Assembly (NCBI GenBank): GCA_036172245.1
Contig: JAYWIR010000009.1
Span: forward strand, 186,001-250,000
Reading direction: 5' to 3'
DNA from: Raillietiella orientalis
Taxonomy: Eukaryota
Length of the DNA stretch: 64,000 bases
The position numbers and the translations under genes were made by a program. Positions within the stretch are counted from its first letter, which is position 1. Every line of letters starts with the position of its first letter. Below are positions 1 through 11,200 of the stretch, piece by piece. Below the pieces are notes generated by a model, which was given only the letters and a program-made list of their open reading frames with translations, searched no databases and was not told the DNA's origin.

Positions 1-242
1 CTTTTCATTGTTTTGCATGTTGTACTGTTCCGTGCTTGCCAAGTGCAATGATAAGGAAAGGAGACTAATGCACATATAAAGCATGTATTAAACTAAGCAA
101 TTTTACTGTTTTAGAAATTCATGAGTTAACAAACTTTTAGTAAATGATTTAAATAATAACAGGAAGTTTCATGCATTCATTTCATGAACAACTTTGGATC
201 AGCATCCTTGCTGTGATATGGATTAAGATTTTCAATATTCAG

Positions 243-1662
243 ATCCAAAAGTGCAGTTATCTCAAACCTTATTGGAAATGAATGAAACTGCTAGTATGTT
301 TGTTGCAACCTATTCAACAGTCATCATTGTTAAATTTACTAGAAAATTCCCCTATTCAGACAGAGCAGCAGAAGCATATTACAGAAGAACAATCCCTTCA
401 ACAAACTACATCAACAGGTTGCTGAGTTTTTTTAAACCAATACACCTTGAATAACTGTGATTTGCAATAAAGTATACAACCGGCAGCTCTTGGAACAAAG
501 ATACGAGAATTTGGTGCAGTTAAAAGGGCAGCTGAATTCTCAGGTGATGCAGCTGCAAATGGAAATCTATCAGTTGATTAGGAAAAAAGTACATTGGAAA
601 CTCAAGGGAAATAAGATAAGGATTGCATCTTTTTAGGGAGAAGAACTAAGGGAGAAATCAACAGATTCAGAACAGACATACATGAACTACTTGGAGCAAC
701 TTTCTCAACTTTATTTGCAATATGATCATGAGAAGCAATCATTTCAGGAGTCCATCATGCAAGTGGAAGACCAGTGTGCTCATCTGAAGCTGGATGTTGA
801 ACAGGAACTGGGTCAGTTGCTTAGCCAGCAGGAGAATGTAATTTTAAAGTGTCGATATGCACATAATAGTCAGTTGACACCAGCTGAGGTACTGAGCTGC
901 TGTAATCTGTATGGTGTGTTTTGCCCTAGATGTTTGCTCTCTATAGTAATCGACTGCAGCAACGCTTGGCAGATTTGTATTCTAATCGCCTCAGGTATTT
1001 CCAAGTGCAATATCAAATCAGTCAGTTGAATCAAGACTTGCAGAAGCTAGACTGCATTCAGAAGGGATTTACGCTAGGGAATTACGAGCACCTGAAGGTG
1101 TGTTTATAAGTAGGTCTACCTTCAGTACAAGTTTTGTAGACAGAGAATGTGCTGCTTCTTCGGAAATTGGAATGCAGCAATGAGGAACTTTTGCATCTCC
1201 AACAGAAAATCTATAGCAATGCACAGATGATTACGCACATCAAGGAGAAAACCAGCCATCTGAGCATAGAGCAGGAAGCAAGCAGGCAGCTTGATATGAA
1301 GCTGCAGCAAGACGTTGCAAGGGTAGTACGAGTGTAATGGCTGTGGTTCCTAGAAAATCGTATTCAAGGAGCGGAAAAGTACTAATCAAGTCAAACTGCT
1401 ACATGGCAAATTACGTCAAGAAAGAACAAAACTTGTCCAGAAATTAGGTTTACTCATGTATCCAGATCTCCTTAGAGATTTCGACATGCAAGTGGTAATG
1501 TGCTGATGGTACCTGCTCTGCCTTATTATTTCTTAGGAAAATTACAAAATGTGCAAGCAAGATGTGTGTCATTTACAAACTAAATATGAAAGTCTCCAGA
1601 ATGCCCTAAAAAGCTTGAGAAGGAGCATTGCTGAGAAAATGTCAAATCCTGCAACTATGTAG
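243..1662 (+). CDS. CCDC96: CCDC96/CFAP184-like coiled-coil ciliary protein (DUF4201 family), 8 exons; 5' end uncertain
   Basis: Exons 243-293, 343-417, 473-588, 637-888, 930-1097, 1140-1322, 1369-1494, 1537-1662 (TAG) join in frame via GT-AG introns of 49, 55, 48, 41, 42, 46 and 42 nt. The product includes LGNYEHLKTENVLLLRKLECSNEELLHLQQKIYSNAQMITHIKEK and QKLGLLMYPDLLRDFD, matching remembered CCDC96 motifs (DFEQLKIEN...NEELLKL...VQVITHVKEK; GLLG..LLRD). First in-frame ATG is 278 (353 aa). An in-frame TAA at 224-226 means either that ATG is used or another exon lies upstream. Confidence 0.85.
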
Positions 1663-1864
1663 CGTCTTTCACGGGCATCTTTCTCTTGTGGCCTGTGAAG
1701 AATGATGCCAGTAGTAATGATCAGCATATCCAGATTTATTAAGTAGAAATTGTTTTTTTCTTGGCAAATAGTCTGTATTCTGAAGTTGCTCTTTTTCATG
1801 TGGAGGGTGCTTCATATGCTGATGCATAAAAATTGTCACGTTTAGATGTTCAGAACAAAAAAGG

Positions 1865-1870
1865 AATAAA
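1865..1870 (+). terminator. Putative polyadenylation signal of CCDC96
   Basis: AATAAA about 200 nt after the stop, followed by a GT/T-rich tract. Confidence 0.55.
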
Positions 1871-4800
1871 ATTGTAATCGTTTGTTGTTGAATATGTTTT
1901 TGTTTTTTTTCCTTCCTATCCATAAAGGCCTTTCATGGCAGTGCAAAAAGTGCTATTGTATGCCGCATTTGTTCGGAATATATAATTTTTTTTTTAAAAA
2001 AGTATTTACTTTGCAATCATTTGATATCCCAATCAGGAACGACGATGGAAAACGCGTATCAGCATGAAGAAATTGTGTGCTCTTACCAGCCGGGAAGTGC
2101 GTTTGGCTGCGGTGTTGGAAGGCAGCCCAAAAGGCTCTTAGAGAAGCTTAGAAGCGTGGATATAGGAAACATCGGGGTGTTTTACAGCTGTGCGTCCCGC
2201 GTTTGTATTGCATTCGAAGTCTCCGGAAACACAGAAACGTTGTTTCTGGAAAAAGGTGGCATACTTTGCGTTTCGTAGCTCTTCGATAGCTCTTCGAAGG
2301 AAGCACTCACTGTTGACGACGTGTGGGACGCAGAAATGAATTGCTCCGAAAAGAGTACACTTTTTTCGATGTTTATTTTGTGATCGTCTTTTTTTGGTTG
2401 TTGTTGTTGTTTCTGTATTCCGGTGGTCTGTGTATTTTTTCTTGCACGTAATGATGAGGAGTGGTCCAGGTGGTTTCGTCTCATAATTTATCTTTGATGA
2501 TGTTGTCATTGAATTTACATTACGCAGAATGAAACTTGTTATTTTAGAGCACTGTTGGTCTGTTCACTCTGAAGTGAGAGTTTCATAGTGCCCGCAGCAA
2601 TTAAAAGTGATGAGGGTCACGCTGGCTTCGAGTCTTGTGTTTTGCGTTGAAAATTTTGAGTTGAAAATTTTTGGAAAGGACTGGTGTTTTGCGTATGAGT
2701 GGCCTCACTTCGTGCTCCTGTTCCTCCGCTAGTCAGCATCCTTTCGTACCGTTCTTCGTACCATCTTCAAATAAGGGCCTTCACTCCTTAGTATTTCGCC
2801 CTTACCTGTAAGCTTTCTCCGTGAATGGACCGGACGTGCGGTCAAATCCGCGCTTCATGGGAAAGCACAGCCCAGTGCAGGTGACTGAGGTGACTCTTGC
2901 ATCCCACTACTGCGGCGGAGTCTTTGCCTTGCAGCAGGGAATCTTTCATCTCCCGGTCGCTCCAGCGGAGCTCGCCTCAGAGGAGTGCACCGGACTTGTT
3001 CTCTCCTCAACCGAGAGCTCCCCTTTGCCCATCCTCCATGTCCAAGGAGAGAGGAGCCGCCACTTTCCCTCTTGAGGGAGCTGGCACCCACTGCCCGTGT
3101 CAGATCTCTCTCACCATTTGCGTCCAAAGGCGCATATCGACGGTGCAGACGCTCTTCGGACATTCAGTGGATGTTCCCCGTCGTTCATCTTTCAGAACTG
3201 TGTGACAGTTCTTCGTGATGCGTTTTGCGATCGGACGCCGCTTCGCTCACCGGTTGCGTCCGGCGCGCGCGGCGGAACGTGCTGGGTGTCAGTCCTGGAA
3301 GAGGTGAATGTCCAAAAATTCTGCGTGCCAAATTTCAGCTAGACCTCCCAAACTTTAGCGTTGCAAGCAATGTGGATTGCTGCTGCGCTACGATATCGCC
3401 TCCTCCGCTTCGTATTCCGCGCCACGAGATCTGTGAACGGTCTTTCAACATGCCATTTGCTGGCCTGCTGTGGAAATTCTTGGTCGGTTTCCTCCTACTC
3501 TTCTCACGCATCCTCAACATCTTGCTCCAGTTTTGGATTTCACTGGTTTCGTGTACTGATGATACCACTGGGAGTGGTCTTCCGCGATGCCCTCGATGGC
3601 CGTGGAACCACTATCGAAAGGCACATGCGGTTGTCCCCGGACAGAGTTCATTGCTGCATCTGTCAGCTAGTTCACGCTTGGTGGAATCCCAAACATGCTT
3701 GCTGTCAGAATGTCTTGAGAACCAGTTCCTTTCTACAGTGTCCCTGGACGAGTGTGCTGTTTGTGACGGTCTATTCCAGGAGTTATGATTAAAAAGTGAA
3801 AAAAGAAACAGAAGTTATGTAGGCTGTGTTCGGAGCAGTTCGGAGAAGGGGATGCACAACTTTTGAATGGCAAGGATCTAATGTGGATATCCAGGAGTCT
3901 CGTCGGGGCGACTGCAAGGCTTTCGAGGCAATCGCAGTTCTTTACATCGTCCGATGTGTTTGCAGATCAGTCTGGAAACTCTGCCAAGCGTCCTAAGCTT
4001 CTTTCATTTTTCATCCAGATCGCTGCCGAAGACATACGTTTGCCTTTTGCTCTCGAGAGAAATCACTTGCACAAGTGTAAAACATCTTTTTCCTAATGCG
4101 TGCTTCAGTGCTCGTGGATTCTCAGAGTCGCAAGCTCCTTAGCTCGCAGAGTCAAAGTTCCTGAATGCAGTACCGCGCCGTATGAGGGTTGCGCGGCTCT
4201 TAGCGGCTGCTCTGAAAAGCCAGGCACCCTTTTTGCATCTTTGGAAACGCAAATGCCTGTGGGACATTTTCATCGGGAGTCCGTGATCCACTGCTGTCAA
4301 AAGTTCGATGCGAGCGACATGTCTTCTCTGCTTCCTGCTCGTGTCAGCGGCTGTCAGAAGATGCGTCGACTCTCTTCCACCAGCACTGACCACTTCACCT
4401 TTCACTTTCGCGCTGTGTAAACAAGCTCCAGATCCGCGCCACGCAGACCACCCGCAACCTCTTTCGAAAGGCGGCGCATCATCTCCGGTTTCCGCCATTT
4501 TCGAGTGTTCATACAAATTCATACTTTCCTCTGGAATCATACGTAGAAAAAAATGCGCCTTTGATTCCCATCATCCACTCAAGTCACCAATCTTCATTTT
4601 TTCAGTGGTAGCATCAATAGTAGTTTCTCTCTCCTTTTTTTTAAACAATTGCTATTGGCTGCATTGGCGTAGAAGCCTTCACATGTTGTAAAGGTTCTTT
4701 TTCCTTTTTGTCCTCTGCTTTAATGGCCGACCGATTAAAGCCACAAAGCACCGCTGCCAATGAGAGACGGAGTCTTGACCTTTTCATTGCGTTCTGCTTA

Positions 4801-7800
4801 TCTCCACCAACCTTGTTTTCTTAGGACTCGAAGACTCTTTATCACTTTGCTTTCCTCAGCATCTTAATAGGTATTGACGTTGAAGCCAACACTTGGCATG
4901 AGCACTAAATCACAGAACAAAAGTTGGATGCAAACAAACGCACCCTGCCACCAAGAAGTGCGAGGATGCCTGGTAGCCTGGAAGTCTGTCTGGTCTTCCG
5001 CTGCCTCTCCGGTTGGCGGTTCTGCTGCCCCCACGTTGCTGAGTTCGCTATTTGGCCATAAAAAAGTTTCGGTTGTTTCCAGGGTAGGAGGCGCTCGGGA
5101 TGGGTGCGAGTTTGTCCTCCGCTACTGCCCACGGGTGTACGGACGGGTGTTCTTACCGACTGCAGTATGCGCTGACGCTAGGTTGAGCCCATCATTCAAA
5201 ACGAACCCATCTTGAAGGAAGTGTTGGAATTGTCGAGCATCCCTTCGTGCACCGGCGAGTACGAACCGAGGCCGGATGCTCTTTTTGGAAACACACGCAC
5301 CTGATTTTCGACAGTTTGCATCCAAAAAAAGAAAAAAAAAATGATACATGCAATAAGACAATGAGCATTAAGAAAATGTAGAATGGTGGGGAGGGAGTGG
5401 GGGGGGATGATAGAATGCGCCTTTGATCGTGTTCCTCGTCCATTTGGTGAATCCTCCGTCTGAATTTCCCGTCTTCCAGTGCGAGCGAGAGTCTTGCCAT
5501 TGAAAGACTCGTCGGACTCCGCAGCTTGAGATCTGAATTTTCCATGCAGGAGCGGCACAGAAGCTAGCAAGTATCGTACCGAAGGTCACTTCACAAAGCC
5601 TTTGAGCACGAAGAGAAAGAACGACACGCGGCTTGCATGCGTGCGTGCGTGCCCGCTTCCTCGTTCCAGGTCTTGGATTCCTCCTCCCGCTTGGGGAACT
5701 GAAAAAGGACGCGTCATCATCCGTGATTTGCACCTTCTTTTCCCGTCTTGGACAGGAGCTCGCCGACGAGGACGGTGCTCCACTTTTGCGTGCATCCTTT
5801 GCTGCAGGTCCCCGCCACCGCTTTCTCCGAGGGCGCTCGCGTCGTCAGGTGGATCGTTTCCTTCCGACAGCGCTCGTCCCTCGTTCTCGTTCTATTCGCT
5901 GGCATTCGTCGCTGCCAGAGACGAGAACCTCGCTGGTTCCATCTGGCGTTGCTATGACTTCCAACGTCCGCGTTGCGGCGAGTTCCCTTTCGCCAAGCGC
6001 CGCAGCTACCTGCTCAGTGCGAGGTGATCCTGCTGTGGTTGCAACTCGAGGCAGGGATTCCCCAGACCACTCCATTGGTCTGAGTGCCCTGGGGAAGCAA
6101 GACGCACCCTTGCTCTGCGCAAACCCCCATAGCTATGACCTCCTCAGATTGGCGAAAGCATCGCCTACACCCATGGACCCCCCTAGGATACGTGCGGCCT
6201 GGCGGAGGCGTTGCTGTCACCCCCTCACGCGTCGACTAACGTGAAGGGGAAAGCGTAGAGGCATCCCCGAGACAGCTTCGATGAAGAGCGCGTCTTCCGA
6301 AGTCGTTCCGCTCACGATGCGTCCGCAGGATGTTCCATCGTTCTGGTCGTCACTTGTGCACCCGGAGCCATCACGAAACGAAAGCAACGCCATGGAAGAG
6401 TGAGGGTGTGTTCGGAGGAGGGCAGTGTGACTCTGTGTAGAGGCGACAGCAGCAAAAAAAATAGGAACTCTTCCGCGGTATCCGTGCGCGCGCGCGCCTT
6501 CCAGCAGAACACGAAACTGCAGAGGTTTCTGCGGGTGTTGCCAGCAGCCCGCTGCTTCCTATCGTCTGGAAGATCCGGGCACCTGCACCTCAGAACGCGA
6601 AGAGGACTCCGGATCCTGACATGCATGCCGAATCAGGATCGGTCGTATGGGGACGTCTCACGACAAGGGACAGATGGCGTCAAGGATCCCTCGTGAAAGG
6701 TCTTCGAGGGTCTTCACAGGAAGTTGCGTGGACCCGATAGGAGGAGGAAGGGAGGAGGAGAAGGAAGAAGGAAGGAGAAGAGATGGTACCCTCTATGCTT
6801 TCGGGTCTTCCTGATTAGACAGCAGCTTGGACTGCTGTCCAGAAGGAAAACTCCCTCTGAACATCGGTCGTAGACAGCGGATGAGTGCGGGCTCTAGAGG
6901 GCTCGCCTCATGAAGGAACGAGCTCGGGGAGCACTCCACAGGCTGGACCCCCCTACGGGAGTAGGCAAGAGGGACATTTCTCCTGAGAGTCGGGACGGAA
7001 CGAGGGACGCAGGCGGCTGCTTCGTCGTGCGCACCGCCACGGACTTGCTGGAAAGAAGCAGTTCGGTCCGTTGCGTCAGCCAGCTGCCGCCGTCCCCGAA
7101 GTCTTGGGGTTGACCTTCCCCCTGATAGGAGGGGACGCACCGTGACTTGGTCCCGGAAAAATCCGGATTGCAGCTCCAGTGACGAGAGAGCGTACTTTAT
7201 CTTTCCGGAAACCGAACACGGGGGTATCCTGTTTCTAGGAGTCCCGCGGGCACCCGGGAAATCCTCCCTCCTCTGCGTTCCTCGCGTCCGCGCCGCCGCG
7301 CCGGCTGAGATGATCACCATTCCTCGGGAGGAGAGGGGTGGAGTGTTTCCACGGAGTCCACGGTGGCTTCCTCGCCGGTGAGGGCCTCCGATGTGCCCGC
7401 CCACTCGGCAGACAGGAAAAGACCACCACGCGGCGCGTGCCCCTGGGGAGGAAAGGACCGAGGGAGGCTCCGCCCGGATGGACCTGGTACTGCAGCGCTC
7501 TCCTGGAAGCGGGTCGGTTGCCAGAGGAGTAGGGAGAGTCGTGCCAAGTTCCCCGCGGCAGCCCGAGGGCCGATGCTTCAGCAAGCGGTTCTCCGAGAAC
7601 CCATCTCTCCGGGCAGTGGATATGGATGGACGCTTGCCGCTGCTGCCATTCGGTCGCCTCAGGGCGGCGGGGGTGGCGAAGCAGGTGGAAAGACAAAGAC
7701 ACCCACCCTCGCGGAACGGAAAGCCAATCAAAACCAAACGGTCGGTCGCCTCGATGCGGAGAGAAGGAGAGAGAAAATCAGAAAGTTCCCTGTCCTTTCG

Positions 7801-8060
7801 CAACACGGCGGACGCTTAAAAAAAAAGAAAATAATAAAATAAAAAGGATAGACAAAGGGGTTGCCTTCTGGGAATCCCAAGTTTTGGGTCTTTTGAGCAC
7901 GTGCGTTCCAGCTGCGGGTACGATGTCCTCGACTCCTATGGGATGGGACGGGGAGTTTTTTCTGCTTCCAGGATGCGCCGTAGCAGGCGTTTGCTTTCCG
8001 CGAGCCTCAATCGGCCGCCGTCGCGCGCGCTCCCGTCACTTTGTTGTCGTATGGTGGAGG

Positions 8061-8177
8061 AGCACCGTGGCAACAATAGGAAACGCAGGTTGTTTAATCG
8101 ATGTACGTGGCGTGGCGTCAGCGATCGCTTGGCAGGCTGCATCATTCCGAGTCTGTCGCCCAAGTAGTGACGTCACT
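8061..8177. promoter_or_regulatory. Candidate CFAP52 proximal promoter motifs (RFX half-sites, forkhead-like core, CRE palindrome)
   Basis: GTTGCCACGG on the minus strand (8065-8074), GTTTCCTA on the minus strand (about 8077-8084), TGTTTA (8091-8096) and a perfect palindrome AGTGACGTCACT (8166-8177). Motif matches only. Confidence 0.35.
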
Positions 8178-8186
8178 TTCGGGAGC

Positions 8187-8250
8187 ATGGAAGAAGAGTC
8201 CAGGCAGGACCTGCCAAAGCTGAAATTGGTAAACGTGATTGGATTCGAAG
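8187..8250 (+). CDS. CFAP52: CFAP52 exon 1
   Basis: MEEESRQDLPKLKLVNVIGFE G; donor GTAAAG at 8251, phase 1. Confidence 0.88.
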
Positions 8251-11200
8251 GTAAAGATGAAATGTACGAGGGATCCAGGGTTCGCGAACGGATGCACCAT
8301 CCACTGGTGTTTTTTGCAAGTGTTTACGTCTTCGGGGTTACTCAATCCAGGCAATAAAAATGCTTGGGTTTCGGTAGGGAATATCGTTTTTTTTGTTCCC
8401 ACGCCGTAACGAAGCTGAAATTAAGAAGAGATGCAGTTGACCTTTCTGGTCCTCCTTTGAGCACAGATTTGGCCGCAGTTATGGCACCAGATGGATGCAA
8501 AAGCCTGCTGGGTGCATCGGATTTTTGCGGTTGCCAATTCTCAAGCGCTACCGGTTTCCCGCGAGGTCGGTTTCGCATTCCGGCCACCAAGAGAGAAACA
8601 GCAATTTTTTCTTTCTTTTCTTTCCACTCTTCCTTCGTGCAACGGCTCCTCTTATAGCTCTGTCCCCCCCCCCCTCCTCCCCCCGAGGTGCGTTTTGCTT
8701 TTGAAACTACCCCAACGACTTTTTTTCATAGTGGTGTTTCGAATTTCAGGCACCGAAAGATATTCTTCTTGTCGAATCCGTCTATAAATCTCAGATTTAT
8801 GAATTCAGTGTCTTTGGGGGGGAAGGGGGATCAATTCCTGTTTGAACATGCTTCAAAGAGTTCATTCTAACAAAAAAATAAATAGACTCTAAAAAAGGCT
8901 TTTTTTTTTTTTTTTGTAGTTTTAAACCGGCGTAGCGATCGAGAAACGTGAATTCCATTTTTTTTTTTTTTTCCCCCTTCCAACTTCCACTCGCGCAGGG
9001 AAAATTTCCAGCGCCAGTCTGCCGTTGCCTTCTTCGATCCGCGTTTTTCCTCGTATCTCCCGACCCAAAGTGCTCCACAAAGCCCCACTCCGATCCACCC
9101 CATCACGCTGGACTTCCTCGGCCTTTTTTCGCCCCTACGCCATCGGGGAACGACTCCTCGCGCGAACGCTCTCCGGAAAAGGTGGGAGAACGGACTGTGC
9201 ATCTTTCCGGGGAAGAAAGCTCCCCGGTCCGCCCAAATCGCGCGCGCCCAGCCTCCGTGGTCCCCCGCTCTCGGTTTTCCGGCGGACGAATCGCCGCCAC
9301 CATTTTGCTTTCCTTCCGGTCTCCCGTCGACGTCGTGAACCAGGGACCAGAGGATTTCAATGATGCACGATCTGATTGGTTTGCCCACGGGGTGATGAAA
9401 CCGCCGCATTGTCATGGTGCCCGGCGCGGATCCGCAGATGATCTGTTGCCTCATTGCGGTCGCTGCAACGCTGCGCCGGCAAATCCACGCTCGTATTCAA
9501 ATCGATACCCGCGGTGAAAAGGTGAAAGCGTCCAAAAGTGGAAATAATCAGGAGGGAGATGATGTTCCCATCTCGCGTTTTCATCCGTTTCATGCACGTT
9601 TCTTTTCTTTTGCTTCTTTTTCTTCAAAGCAGCAGCAGCGGCAGCAGCAGCAGCTTTTGAGAGTCGCAACCTTGCAGAAACTAATCTAAGAGACCTAAGA
9701 GACTAAAACTCGATGTTAGGCCGATGTGTACTTTAGAATGACCACGCAGCAGATCTCAACTTTATGGAAATGCGGGGAGGAAGGAAGGAAGGCTGACGGT
9801 GAAATGCAATTTACAATTCTTTACACGTTGGTGAAACGGAATTGAATAAGAATTCCGTTATTGATCGTGTGCTTCTGCGCACGGCGCGCTGTTATAACCC
9901 CTATTTAGAGTAAACAGCGTGCTAGCTGAATATACACCTACGCGGAAAGCTGGCATGGAATATTTAAACAGGCATGGGTTCATCTGGAAACAGAAAGTCA
10001 GGATCAGTTTATGGATGAATCCATGCATAGATGACGGGGCCATTACGGTTTTATGTAACAGATATTTCGTAACTTGGTAGGGAAACCAAGGGCTCGCAGA
10101 GCATTACACTTGCAAGAGATGGTGGGCTTCCAGAAAGGAAGGATGCAAGACGACGGGACAAAAGATGTGTGAAATCGAGAACAGGCTTTTCGGGTATGCA
10201 ACCGAAAATCGTCAGACACAGAAGATGTATCAACTGAAGAGAGGACAGAGGTCCGCAGGGAAGGGTATCCCGATCTTAAATAGAGGAAACAACGGCCTTG
10301 GATTGCATTTGGAAGCAATGGCACTGGGAGGAAAGGAGATAAATGGGCATGTTGAACTGATCTGCATGTTCTGTGCTAAACTTGATCGTCGCCGGCCTTG
10401 TCTTCTGAAGCTGTCTGTCTTCCGGTCTTTCTTGAGTTCCAGTGGCTCCTCCAGCTTTTTCGTTTACGCTTTCGTCATGAAAGTTGCCAAAGGTATGTAT
10501 TGCAGGAGCGTCCCCGGACAAGATCAGCAAAGAACCCATTTGATCATTCGGTGTGCACAGGATGCTACGGGACCATTCTGCAAGGTGAAATCATAGGAAA
10601 CACGAAACACGGATTCACCAGCGCGAAGAGCACGTTTCAGTTTTCGAAGTGCTTTCCTCTGCTGCAATCCGTCAAGCTGAAGCACTTGCGCTGATTTTTC
10701 AGCATCGACATACTGCGAGCTTTTCGGAGTTCCAAACCGGAGGAGCTTAACACAAAAGAGGAATTTGCACGGTCGACGAAATGCCTCTTCGTGTTCAACG
10801 TGGAGCTCTATTTAAGGACGCAAACATCTCCGGGGCAGAAGTAACCTGCAAGAGGGGCAAAAACGAAAATTAACATATCATTGCGAAGATTTCTGGTGCG
10901 TCAGAATGCTGGCAACGTAACTTTGCTGTTTCGGTGCTCTCGAACAACTCAGCTGTTTGGCGTGCATGGCGGGTCGCAATGCACTCGGGAATCGTGCGAG
11001 CTTAGGCCCCCAGGAATCCCTTGCAGGAATCTGCAGTCACCACGAAAGGAAACCCTCCAAGCACTCCATTTCTGATGGATAAGGTCCACTACGAGAGGTC
11101 CTCCACTTTAAGAGGTCCACTATCATTCAGAAAGCTTGAAGATTCTTGGTACGGATTTCTTTCAAACCGCCAAGCAAACCGTAGATACACACGAGCGGGA

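Noticed and set aside
9835..9859. Perfect 9-bp stem AACGGAATT/AATTCCGTT
   Set aside because: Isolated and short; about chance expectation in 64 kb.
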